Shown one piece after another: positions 1 to 10,059 of a stretch of DNA of 64,000 bases. Position 1 is the stretch's first letter. Every line of letters begins with the position of its first letter. The notes beneath the pieces were generated by a model, which was given only the letters and a program-made list of their open reading frames with translations, was not told where the DNA came from and did not search any database. Both the position numbers and the translations under genes were made by a program. The DNA comes from a virus, in the IMG/VR virus record IMGVR_UViG_3300025666_000003, positions 36,108 through 100,107 of that record. One strand, given 5' to 3'.

Positions 1-3000
1 TTACTATATCCTATACCATGTTGGTATAACATCACAAGTGGAAACATTTTAAATAATTTACTTATATATGCATTATCTTTTTTATCAGCTTTGGCATTAC
101 CAGTAGATACTTTTTTAATATTAACATCTGCTAATTCTTTTAAATTATGATAATAACTAGATGCCAAGTCCCCTTCTACTCTATTTTTATCTGCTAATGT
201 AAGTACTTTATCATCACCAATAGTATCAGCAGGTGTAAGTTGTTGAAGTACAGGATACTTAACTTTCAAACTTGGAAAATCTTTTATAACATCAAGTATA
301 GTCTGACTAAAAGAATATGTTTCCATTTGCATAAGAAACTTACGGTTAAATGCATTTATTAATGCTCTTTTAGTTAAAAATTCTTCATATGCACGTTCAG
401 GTGTTAAGCCACCTGCTTTGATTCGTTTATATTCTTTATTATCTTTTACTAATTCAATTGGATTTTTTAATTTTGTAATTGCTCTTTCTATACTATATTT
501 AAAGAAACTAGATTTTTTATTACGTATTCCTGATTCAGAAACAAAAGGATCATTTTCTTCTGTAAATGATGTCAAGCCTCTATTAGTGTATGCTTTTTCA
601 GCAGTAGATGATCTAAGGTAATATCCATAATCGTAATCATCTGATAACATTCCTGGATTGATAGTTATAATTTCTTTTTCAGAATTAATTTCTACTCCAC
701 CAGGTATGTTTTTTGTTGATGTATTAACTTTGTAACCTTTATATAAATCTGGATAATCAATTACTTCTCCTTTACTATTTACAAAGTTAGACATGCGATT
801 TTGATAGATGTAATTAACTACACCATTTTTAAATTCACGTATAAATTGACTAACAGCTTCTTGATCACTACCATATCTATCTGCTATTCTTGGTGACCCT
901 AACTTGTCTAAGATAAACTTTGTTATTACAGAATTGTTTCTTAACTTAAATAATGGTTCAAGTAATTTAAGCACAAGTTCATTTTTATAAAATGAGCTTA
1001 ATATTGATTCATTAACTAATGCCAGTACTGTATCTGAATCTACTTTTGAATTAGTCATTAATTCTTCAAGACCTTGTATTTTTCCAACTAATTCTTGGGC
1101 TGTTTTAGATCTTGTAGTATCAGGATTTGCTAATCTTTTAAGTGAATTCAAACCTTTAATTTGCTTTTCAATTTCTAAGAAATGCATAAACGCAGCTATC
1201 TTTGTTTTTTCACTACCTTCACCTTTTACTATTTTATATAATTCATTTTTATTAAAAGTACCAATTCCAGCTTCTTCCATAGCTACACTTGCACCTTGAT
1301 AATATTTACTTGTAGAAACAGGACTTGATCTAAGCTTATAAATTTTATCTCCTTTTTCAGTAATTATAAGATTAATTATAGTATCCTCATTATTTAATAG
1401 TTGCTCCATTTCTGCTTTTGTAGCAAATTCTGTATTCTTTTTACCTTTTTGATAATATTCTACAATTGATTTTCCTTCTAATACAGGAATTAAAGCTTTT
1501 AAATTTTCAGTATTTACTTTAGCTTCCATAGCTATTTTTTCTTTAGCAGACATTGATTCTGTTAAAGTTTGATCAGCGGCCATATATTTAATCAATGGAT
1601 TAGCTATTACTTCTCCTCTTTGAGTAACAATTTCTTCGTAAGCACTGCTAAGCAATCTTTGTTTTTCTGCATACTTACGTACTAATGGATTGGATACAAA
1701 GTAAATTGCATCTTTAGCTGGAACTCCAGCTTTAAATAAATAAAATAATACTGGTGCAAGTTCAGGATTAGCTTGAATATAAAATATCCAAGCATCCGCT
1801 TCAACATCTACTAATCCATTTACTGACTCTGAAAATAGATCAGCTATTTTTTCTATACCATCTACTGAATATATATCAGATAATGAAATTACAGTTTGGT
1901 TTTTACTATTTGTTGTTGAGTTATGGCGAAGTTTTAAACGCATTTTATAATCCACATCTATATCAACATAACCATCTTCACTATATATTTGTGCTTTATA
2001 AGATGCTGGCATTTTTGCATCAATTTGATTTAATAATGGGTGCAATGCATTTTCAATTGCAGCAATACCAAGTACTTCTTTACCAATTAAATTTGCTGAA
2101 TGCTTATCTAAATTAAAAGGTACTTCTAATGTTCTTGTTGGACTTATTACAATATCATTATTTTTTCCATCAATTCTTGGACCATCATAAACATTTTCAA
2201 ATTTATCAAATTCACTAACGTATTTTTGAAGATCCATAGCTATGGGTCTTAATGTATTTGTTCCTGTAGGTTTGGTAAGTTGTGCAAAGTTTGAAGGAAG
2301 CTCAACTATACCTTTAATAGCTTGGATTAAGTTATTTTCTAAAGCATTTTTCTGATTACGTATTATAACTGATATACCTTTTCCTTTATCTTCTTTTATT
2401 TTACTTATTTCTTTTTTTAATTCTTCATTAGTTACATTAGATGTAATAAACTTTCCACTTGCATCAATGCTTGGCATGAATGTAGTCATCTTATCTACAT
2501 CAAAATCAGATCCATTTTTAACTACGATCTCTGAAGGAAGTATAATTATATTACTTGCTGCTGGATCTAGGAATTCGTAGACTTCCATTGACTCAATAAA
2601 TCCTAATGTTTGAGTAGGAATACGTACACCAGCTAATGTTACAGCTTTTCTATTTGAACCATCATCTTGATCTAACCAATTATCATCTTTGATCATCTCA
2701 TTAAGACGCTCCCTTGTTTCTATAACCTCACCATTTATATCTTTAAGATTTAATAAGTTTAGAAAGTCTCCTTGAAGTGCAATTGCAACCTTCATTAGTT
2801 TAGTCTTACCATTTACTTGATGATAAAACGGAAGATTGTTACTTCCCAGGAATTTTTTAATATCAGCTTTTGAAGCTTTATCAAATTTCTGTCTTAAAAC
2901 CCTATCCCATGTACCATTTGTAGTAGCACTAGACACCTGTACAAGTCCTTCACCTTTTACTTTTTGTTTGATTAATCTTTTTTCAATTAAAGATATAATA

Positions 3001-6000
3001 GTTTTTTCAATTGTGTCGGCTTCAAGATGTAAAGACAAATCTATGTTAATCTTATTCTCTTGATTTACACCTATCATCTTTATTAGATGTTTAGGTACTG
3101 CTTTTCTGCCTAATTCTTTATGAATAACATTTACAAATCTATTTAAATCTCCAGTGTATGCTCCATACTTATATTCAAATCCAATATCATTAAGAAGTTC
3201 TATTGTTAAAATTTCTGTGTATTCATCTACAGCATCATCATAAGCTTTGACTTTTTGCTTATCTATACCTACTGGTACTTCACCATTATTATATAAACTT
3301 TCAATAATAACTTTACGTAACTGAGTTGCAAAAATTGTTTTCTTTTTAAATTTATTTGGTACTTTAGTTACATCTTTAAGATATTCACCATATATTTTGT
3401 TTATTGTAAACTCTATATTATTTACAATATCTTTTTGTTCTTCGTTATCATATATTTTATCAGGAGAACCATCTTTTGTTATTCCAGATACTTTTGAACC
3501 AGACTCAAATACAACATATTGAATATCTTTTTCCATCATTTGCTTATGAAGATTATCCATATCTGATCCTTCACCAACCATAGTAGGAATAAGAGGCATT
3601 AATGAGAATTTATGCATTCCTGTTAAAGGTAGTAGTGCATCTGCTATAGGTCCGTAATACTGAAGTTTGTATACAGGAAAAAATTCTTTTATGTCTGAAG
3701 GATTAATTTCTCTGTTATGTATTATATCTTGAAATAAGTCTTCTTGTTCCGGACTCCATTGTTTAGATAACTTTTTTAACATTCTGTATGTATCAAAAGT
3801 AATTAAACCTTGACCATCACCTTCTTCCATATTTTTATACTCATCTATATCTCTAGCTACTCTTGATTCAACTAAAGCTTTTACTAATTGAGGTTTAGTT
3901 GGATTTGAACCTAACTTAGATAATTCAATTTCATTTAATGCATCTTTAAGATCTTCTTTAGCAACTTTCTTAAATCTTATTGCATAGTCTTTTCTCCAAG
4001 CATTTGCTATTTCATCAATGTATATACTAGTTCTTTTAACATCTTCAAGTACAGCTGTATTTATTGTTCCATTGTATTTGATATTTTTGTATCTTGCATC
4101 AAGTGTAGTAGCATAACTACCTTTATTCCATACATTTTGTATAAAGTTTTGTGCTGAAATATCTGTTCTCACACCTAATCCTCCAGAAGTAAGACCTGTA
4201 TTTCTTTTATGTAGATGATCTTTAGCGTGATTATACTGAGCCATATCTCCATACAATAAACCTATTGTTTCAAAGTTATGTATGAATGAATTATATACAT
4301 AAGTTCTTACTAAAGCATCATCAATCTCAGCTTCTGTTAATTTATGTACAGCAAGTTTATTTCTAAGTTTTGGATCAATAAATCTATTTTTTCTAAGTAT
4401 TGCTATAGAGTTTGTAGTTTGATTATCAAAATAATTTTTAGTGCTCTCTGCCATTTTAGCTTTAAGACTAGGGTTATTATTCAATGCTTCAATAAGATCC
4501 GTTCCTTCTAGGTTGTAAATTTGATTTTTTATATTATTGTTTAATACATCATCAAAAGCTGTAAATAATTCACCAGCATAATATTCTTTACCATCCCATT
4601 TCATTCTTCTATTATAGCCTTTATACTTTTTAAATTCTTCTGGATTTGCACGAAATCTTTTGAGTCTTTCAAACTCAGCAGCCATATAAGGTAATATTAT
4701 TTCTTCAAAAGCATAAGTTTCACCTGATCCATTCTTTAATAAAGATTCAAGATCTACATAAAGTTTACTTTGTTCTTGACTAATGGGTCCGTCAATACCA
4801 CCTCTTATAACTATACCAAAAGAAGAAGATTTAGAGGCATGTCTAATAAATTCTTGAATACCTTCTTTAAGCATCAAATTCATTTCTTGTAAAAACTTAC
4901 CATAGTAATCTAGACCTGTAGTAACAACTCCTTCTTGAATCTCTGCATTTTGTGTACCTGAATCAATAAATAATTCTAAACTTTTATCTTTTAATTTATT
5001 AAATTGACCACCATCGTAAAAATTAAATAAGTTTTTAAGTATTTGAGATCTTTTTGTAAATGAATTAGTTGCCGGATTAAGATCTGACATGTGTTTAAAT
5101 TCATCTTTAGTCCACAAGTCAGTAAGTTTTTTTGCTTTATTTAAAGCATACACTCTTCTACTTGCAGTTTGATCATCAATATGTTCGTATACAACATTAC
5201 CTTCTGGATTCAGTACACTAAAGTTTGCATATTGTGATCCATATTTACCATGTAAAATAGCTATACGTTCTATTTGTGTTCTTTCAGTTATTTCTTTACC
5301 AAAAAGTTCAGTTGATAAACCAGTTGATTTACTTAATTCAGCTACAGGATCTTTTTTAAAGATTTCAATTTGAGTTAACTTAAATTCTTCCTGCTTTGTA
5401 AGTTTATTATTTTCTGCTTTAGTTTGAAGTTGAAGTTCTAATGCAGAAAGATCTTTAATAATACTATATATGTATGGTAGACCGTAGTATTCACTACGCA
5501 TTTCTAACTCATTTTTAATTATTTTTAAGTCATCAAGATTCATTCCCAAGGCTCTTGCAAAAGCTAAACTTTTACTAACGTCAAAGGTTCCTTTTACAGT
5601 GCTTGCATCTTTAAATACATCAGTAACTTTTTGAAGATTTAATTTAGATTTATTATTATCTCTTGTGATAAATCTATTTTCTTCTATTGTTTGAGTTTTA
5701 AAGTTATCACTAAAGCTTCTTCTAAGAAGTCCTGTTTCATAACTTGCTTTAATAGGTTTTAATACATAACCATCTTCAGTATTAAATGCAGTAAGTTGCA
5801 TATAAGAGGTTCTCTTTCTTTTGAAAGTTTGCCAAAATGCTGTAGTAATATCAAATTCTGTTTCATGATCAGCAGAATTTGGATTTGGAAGCTTATATTT
5901 AATTAACTGTTCTAATTCCGGAAAAGATTGCCAAAGTAATTTATTATTTAATATTTCATAAGCTTCAACAGGATCTTCAATTCCACCTATAGCTCTAACA

Positions 6001-9000
6001 ACATTATCCCACATGCTACCATAGTTGACTAATTTTTTAAAACCTAATCTATTATAAACAAAATTTTTATTTTCTTTCTTATGAAGACTACCCAATACAT
6101 AAGATACTTCATCTTCTGTACTTTCTTCTAATGATTTTTGACCAACACTTTTATCAGCTATTTGATCTGAATTATTTATTGATTCAGCATCTCCAACATA
6201 ACTATCTTCATCTTCCTTTAATTCTTCATTAATTATAGTTTGTCTTTCATTGATAATTCTATAACTACTATTTTCAACAAGGTATGCTAATGAACCATGC
6301 TTTTCATTACCAAAGTTTGTAATTACAGTTTGTAGTATTCTTATATCATCTTGTAACTTTGCTTGCTCAGCTGTAAGTATTTTAGTAGTTACAGGTTTCT
6401 TATTATATTCAAGAGCTTTGTATTTTGCTCCACCTTCAATATAGCTTGTATATTGTACAGTAGCATCTTGCATTGAATCAACTACTATTATTCCTACACG
6501 TTTCCCTTTACTGTTGGTTATAGATTCGTGACTATAGAAGTCTCCAATAATACTAATTCCATGATACATTTCACCTTTTAACCTGTCTCCTTTTTTTGAG
6601 CTTAAGTTAAGTTTGTTAAATTCATCAATTTGTGATCTAAGAAATACATACTTGTCATCTCCTGATTTTTCACTAGCAATCATAACAGCTGCTGCATTAG
6701 CTTTAAGTTCTGATAAAGTATTGATTGAATTAAAAGAAACATCTGTTATTTGCCCAAGCTCTTTTTTACGGTTTTCAAGTTGTTTTTCAAATCTTCCTTT
6801 AAGTATTTTAAATGCAATCTCTCTATTACTTATATTCTGCTCCGTTCCAAGAAACATTCTTTTCTTTTTCTTATTACTAAGAATCTCAATACTACCTGCT
6901 TTACTACCTGGAGCATCTCCATTTTTAATTGCTAATTGATCAACCATTTCAGAAAGAGTTGAGTCAGCACTTTCAACAAATAAATCTGATTCTTCTTTAT
7001 TTAAAGCATCTTCTTTTTTATTTTTTACTTGAGATATACCTCTGTCCATTTCATTAAACATGACATTGTCAATCAATGGAGTATACTTATTTAGTAGTTT
7101 TGGATTTTTACTAGAAAAATAAAGTGTATCAAACATCTCTTTAACTGATGAAATATCATAAAGATCTGTAATTACATCTTGTTTAGTTGTATTTTCAAAT
7201 ACACTTTTAATCCAATTTAGTATTCTTCTAAAGAGTGAATTTCTTTTTGGCCTACCTTTTTTAGCTTTTGGATTTTTAGAAAAAGTTCTGAAATCTTCTG
7301 CAAGTTCTTCTTCAATATCATAGAAAGACATATCTTTCCATTTACCACCTTTACTTCTTATCTCTTTATATAGTGCAGTCTTTTCTGCTTTTGTCAAGAA
7401 CAATTGTGAAAATGCATGCCAAGCTTCATGATACACATCTACCATGTTACCACCCGTATGCTCATTAATTCCTATCTTACCTAACTTACCACCTTCAAAT
7501 AATGTAGACCCCGCACTAATAAACTCTGCATAAACATCAGAATTTACAATATTGGCCATTTGACCTAAAGAGATGAAATTTTGTAGTGGAGATGTTTTCC
7601 ACCAATCATCAGCACGTTTAATATCTTCAGATGTTATACCTAACTGATTAAGAATGGTTTTTCTTTTAAGTCCACTTTTTGTATCAAAACCATCAAAAAG
7701 ATCTCCTTCTGATGGATTAATAGTTCCTTCAGGATTAAGTTTTTCAGCGTCTGTAGTTTTAATCTTTTTTGCTTCAAGATCTTTCTTTTGTTCTTGATAT
7801 AATTTTGTTCTTGGCTTTTCATTTAATGTGTAATCAGTTTCTTTAATAAAAGCTATTGCCACACCTTCACTATTATATACAGTAATTGTATCAGTAATAT
7901 ATTCAGTATCTGTTTCAATATCTTCGCTAACTAAAGTTACAGAATCATTAAGTTTTGGCATTACTTTTTTAACAGTTCCTTCATTTTTTTTAAATTTTTT
8001 AATAATTGATGCAGATACAGGTTGACCTTCAGCATTAAGAATTGTAAATGAACCATATCCTTCACCTTCTGTATTGGTACCTGTGTTTCCAATGTAGTTA
8101 ACTTTAAAATCTTTTGTGTTATTTTCTTCTAGTTTAAGTTCGTTAACTAAATTATCTTTAAGTTCTCTTGTGTATGATCTAAAATTTTCAGATTCAATTT
8201 CATTTTTTGCTTCATCAATTTCTTCAGTAATCCCTCCTGGTAATGCAAATTGCATGTAAGCATTAAATACTTCTTGAGTTTGGGATGTAGTAAAAATTTC
8301 AGCATGTGCTTTACGTAGTACATCATTAATATAGTCAGCTCTTACAAGTTTTCCATTTTGAAAATCAAAGTAACCTCCGTTAACTAAATCAGCTCTATAA
8401 CGCATTCTTGTTGCACTAACTTGACCAACATTTTCAGCATTTGGATTTGTTACAGTTGTTGCAAACATTAAAGCATCTTTAATTTCTTTAAAAGCTGTTG
8501 CTGATGTTAAGTCAACAGGTTTAACATTTTTATCAATTGCACCACTTTTTTCTGCAACTATTTTAATTGAAAACTCATCAGTAGCTGGAATATAAGACAA
8601 TCTGTATCTTCTTATACTTCTTGCCATATTATTATGAATAAATTGCTCAGCAAAATTCATTTTTTCTTTTCCTGTAAGTTGTGAACTAGTTAATGCACTT
8701 GCTATTTTTCCAGCAATTTCATCAGTCATACGTGGTCTATCAATAGTAAATTTCTTGTTGTCTATTGTAATAGTATGATATCCTTCAGGTCTTCCTTTTG
8801 ATTCTACTGTTACTGATGTTAATGAACTATAAATATTTAACAACTCAGTTTCTGATAATCCAGATTCTGATAATGTATCTAAATACATAAACTTACCTGC
8901 TGCAAAACTTTGGATACCTTCATTAATTCCTGTTATTGGAACTAACTTAGCTTCTTTAGTTTTTATAAATTGCTGAGTAAAATTATAAAGATCTTTTAAT

Positions 9001-10058
9001 TCTTTTTGTTGTTCCTTATCAATTGCATCAATAATATTTTGTTCAGTTTGTTCAGTTTCTTTAGCATACTCTGTTAAAGTCATATCAAATGAAGCTGCTA
9101 ACTTATTTGCAATCTCTGCTGGAGTAGTCACTTGTGATTCTTGATTATAAAGACCTTTTGCATTATATCTAGCTCCTTCTTTTCTTACTGTTCTTGTAAA
9201 CTGATATACATAACTACCATCTTCAGTAATTTTTCCATCAGTATTAAACTTAACTGGATTACCATTTGCATCAACAATAATCATAGCAACTCTTTCATTT
9301 AAAGGAGTTACATTTTTATTTTGTTTACCTTTACCCTCAAGAATATAACCTCTTTCAACAGTTCTTTTAGTATGTGCATCTAAATGTTCTGCTGGAATAT
9401 CTTTAACAAGTATAGGTTTAAGTTTAAGCACTTGATCTTCATATATAACATCATTTAATCCAGGAACACTTTTAGGATCAACTTGATTACTAATATTTCT
9501 TATTGTATTAAATATTCTTCTTCTAGTTTCACTTAAAAGTTCTTGTGTGAAGTCTGTTTTATCTTCAGGATTTAATGGATTATATTCTTGCATTGTTGTT
9601 GCAAGAGGACTAAATGGTCTAAGTCTTAATTCAACAAATTCATTAAGTTTTTCTTCATCAATTACTTCTTTTGGTGTAAGAATTTCTTCTTTTTTTTCAT
9701 TAACCAATTTCTCGAATTCTTCTGGAGATAAATCTGGTCTGAATGTTCTCAATGTATTAACAAATCCGTCATCTGGATTTCTAAAAGTTTGATTTAATTT
9801 TCTTAAATCAGAACCTTCAAGAACAGCATCTTGAGTATCTTGCTGCATAGAAGCTATTGTTAAAAGAGCAGGTAATTGTTGTACAAATTTTGCAGCATTA
9901 GCTTCATTTGTTTTATTTGCTATCTTATCAAACATTATGTTCATATAATTATCAACATTAAAAGGAATATTTTCCTTCATGCCAATCTTTATACTTTTAT
10001 AAGCGTGTTTGTATAATTTTTCTACCTGGTCTACTGTTAATGCACAAGTTATTTTCAT
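1..10058 (-). CDS. Giant virion-packaged two-barrel (crAss-type) DNA-dependent RNA polymerase with a zincin domain; 3' end truncated by the window (>=3352 aa)
   Basis: Not in the ORF track, consistent with no stop inside the window. ATG at 10058, 1 nt after the upstream TAA (MKITCALTVDQVE...). Hand-translated in the same frame: GVRIPTQ...IIILPSEIVVKNGSDFDVDKM (DFDVD at 2493-2507), MEEGDGQGLITFD (~3792-3830), MHKFSLMPLIP (~3585-3617), VFESGSK (~3492-3512), HEAWH (7416-7430). These match the DFDxD-type polymerase of crAss-like phages such as phi14:2 gp66. Confidence 0.93.
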   Translation of the reverse strand, partial: MKITCALTVDQVEKLYKHAYKSIKIGMKENIPFNVDNYMNIMFDKIANKTNEANAAKFVQQLPALLTIASMQQDTQDAVLEGSDLRKLNQTFRNPDDGFVNTLRTFRPDLSPEEFEKLVNEKKEEILTPKEVIDEEKLNEFVELRLRPFSPLATTMQEYNPLNPEDKTDFTQELLSETRRRIFNTIRNISNQVDPKSVPGLNDVIYEDQVLKLKPILVKDIPAEHLDAHTKRTVERGYILEGKGKQNKNVTPLNERVAMIIVDANGNPVKFNTDGKITEDGSYVYQFTRTVRKEGARYNAKGLYNQESQVTTPAEIANKLAASFDMTLTEYAKETEQTEQNIIDAIDKEQQKELKDLYNFTQQFIKTKEAKLVPITGINEGIQSFAAGKFMYLDTLSESGLSETELLNIYSSLTSVTVESKGRPEGYHTITIDNKKFTIDRPRMTDEIAGKIASALTSSQLTGKEKMNFAEQFIHNNMARSIRRYRLSYIPATDEFSIKIVAEKSGAIDKNVKPVDLTSATAFKEIKDALMFATTVTNPNAENVGQVSATRMRYRADLVNGGYFDFQNGKLVRADYINDVLRKAHAEIFTTSQTQEVFNAYMQFALPGGITEEIDEAKNEIESENFRSYTRELKDNLVNELKLEENNTKDFKVNYIGNTGTNTEGEGYGSFTILNAEGQPVSASIIKKFKKNEGTVKKVMPKLNDSVTLVSEDIETDTEYITDTITVYNSEGVAIAFIKETDYTLNEKPRTKLYQEQKKDLEAKKIKTTDAEKLNPEGTINPSEGDLFDGFDTKSGLKRKTILNQLGITSEDIKRADDWWKTSPLQNFISLGQMANIVNSDVYAEFISAGSTLFEGGKLGKIGINEHTGGNMVDVYHEAWHAFSQLFLTKAEKTALYKEIRSKGGKWKDMSFYDIEEELAEDFRTFSKNPKAKKGRPKRNSLFRRILNWIKSVFENTTKQDVITDLYDISSVKEMFDTLYFSSKNPKLLNKYTPLIDNVMFNEMDRGISQVKNKKEDALNKEESDLFVESADSTLSEMVDQLAIKNGDAPGSKAGSIEILSNKKKKRMFLGTEQNISNREIAFKILKGRFEKQLENRKKELGQITDVSFNSINTLSELKANAAAVMIASEKSGDDKYVFLRSQIDEFNKLNLSSKKGDRLKGEMYHGISIIGDFYSHESITNSKGKRVGIIVVDSMQDATVQYTSYIEGGAKYKALEYNKKPVTTKILTAEQAKLQDDIRILQTVITNFGNEKHGSLAYLVENSSYRIINERQTIINEELKEDEDSYVGDAESINNSDQIADKSVGQKSLEESTEDEVSYVLGSLHKKENKNFVYNRLGFKKLVNYGSMWDNVVRAIGGIEDPVEAYEILNNKLLWQSFPELEQLIKYKLPNPNSADHETEFDITTAFWQTFKRKRTSYMQLTAFNTEDGYVLKPIKASYETGLLRRSFSDNFKTQTIEENRFITRDNNKSKLNLQKVTDVFKDASTVKGTFDVSKSLAFARALGMNLDDLKIIKNELEMRSEYYGLPYIYSIIKDLSALELQLQTKAENNKLTKQEEFKLTQIEIFKKDPVAELSKSTGLSTELFGKEITERTQIERIAILHGKYGSQYANFSVLNPEGNVVYEHIDDQTASRRVYALNKAKKLTDLWTKDEFKHMSDLNPATNSFTKRSQILKNLFNFYDGGQFNKLKDKSLELFIDSGTQNAEIQEGVVTTGLDYYGKFLQEMNLMLKEGIQEFIRHASKSSSFGIVIRGGIDGPISQEQSKLYVDLESLLKNGSGETYAFEEIILPYMAAEFERLKRFRANPEEFKKYKGYNRRMKWDGKEYYAGELFTAFDDVLNNNIKNQIYNLEGTDLIEALNNNPSLKAKMAESTKNYFDNQTTNSIAILRKNRFIDPKLRNKLAVHKLTEAEIDDALVRTYVYNSFIHNFETIGLLYGDMAQYNHAKDHLHKRNTGLTSGGLGVRTDISAQNFIQNVWNKGSYATTLDARYKNIKYNGTINTAVLEDVKRTSIYIDEIANAWRKDYAIRFKKVAKEDLKDALNEIELSKLGSNPTKPQLVKALVESRVARDIDEYKNMEEGDGQGLITFDTYRMLKKLSKQWSPEQEDLFQDIIHNREINPSDIKEFFPVYKLQYYGPIADALLPLTGMHKFSLMPLIPTMVGEGSDMDNLHKQMMEKDIQYVVFESGSKVSGITKDGSPDKIYDNEEQKDIVNNIEFTINKIYGEYLKDVTKVPNKFKKKTIFATQLRKVIIESLYNNGEVPVGIDKQKVKAYDDAVDEYTEILTIELLNDIGFEYKYGAYTGDLNRFVNVIHKELGRKAVPKHLIKMIGVNQENKINIDLSLHLEADTIEKTIISLIEKRLIKQKVKGEGLVQVSSATTNGTWDRVLRQKFDKASKADIKKFLGSNNLPFYHQVNGKTKLMKVAIALQGDFLNLLNLKDINGEVIETRERLNEMIKDDNWLDQDDGSNRKAVTLAGVRIPTQTLGFIESMEVYEFLDPAASNIIILPSEIVVKNGSDFDVDKMTTFMPSIDASGKFITSNVTNEELKKEISKIKEDKGKGISVIIRNQKNALENNLIQAIKGIVELPSNFAQLTKPTGTNTLRPIAMDLQKYVSEFDKFENVYDGPRIDGKNNDIVISPTRTLEVPFNLDKHSANLIGKEVLGIAAIENALHPLLNQIDAKMPASYKAQIYSEDGYVDIDVDYKMRLKLRHNSTTNSKNQTVISLSDIYSVDGIEKIADLFSESVNGLVDVEADAWIFYIQANPELAPVLFYLFKAGVPAKDAIYFVSNPLVRKYAEKQRLLSSAYEEIVTQRGEVIANPLIKYMAADQTLTESMSAKEKIAMEAKVNTENLKALIPVLEGKSIVEYYQKGKKNTEFATKAEMEQLLNNEDTIINLIITEKGDKIYKLRSSPVSTSKYYQGASVAMEEAGIGTFNKNELYKIVKGEGSEKTKIAAFMHFLEIEKQIKGLNSLKRLANPDTTRSKTAQELVGKIQGLEELMTNSKVDSDTVLALVNESILSSFYKNELVLKLLEPLFKLRNNSVITKFILDKLGSPRIADRYGSDQEAVSQFIREFKNGVVNYIYQNRMSNFVNSKGEVIDYPDLYKGYKVNTSTKNIPGGVEINSEKEIITINPGMLSDDYDYGYYLRSSTAEKAYTNRGLTSFTEENDPFVSESGIRNKKSSFFKYSIERAITKLKNPIELVKDNKEYKRIKAGGLTPERAYEEFLTKRALINAFNRKFLMQMETYSFSQTILDVIKDFPSLKVKYPVLQQLTPADTIGDDKVLTLADKNRVEGDLASSYYHNLKELADVNIKKVSTGNAKADKKDNAYISKLFKMFPLVMLYQHGIGYS

Positions 10059-10059
10059 A

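Noticed and set aside
1-10058. Apparent 10-kb gene-free region suggesting stop-codon recoding or a pseudogene
   Set aside because: It is explained by one standard-code ORF lacking a stop within the window. Motifs checked at 1.0, 2.5, 3.8, 7.4 and 10.0 kb are all in the same frame.
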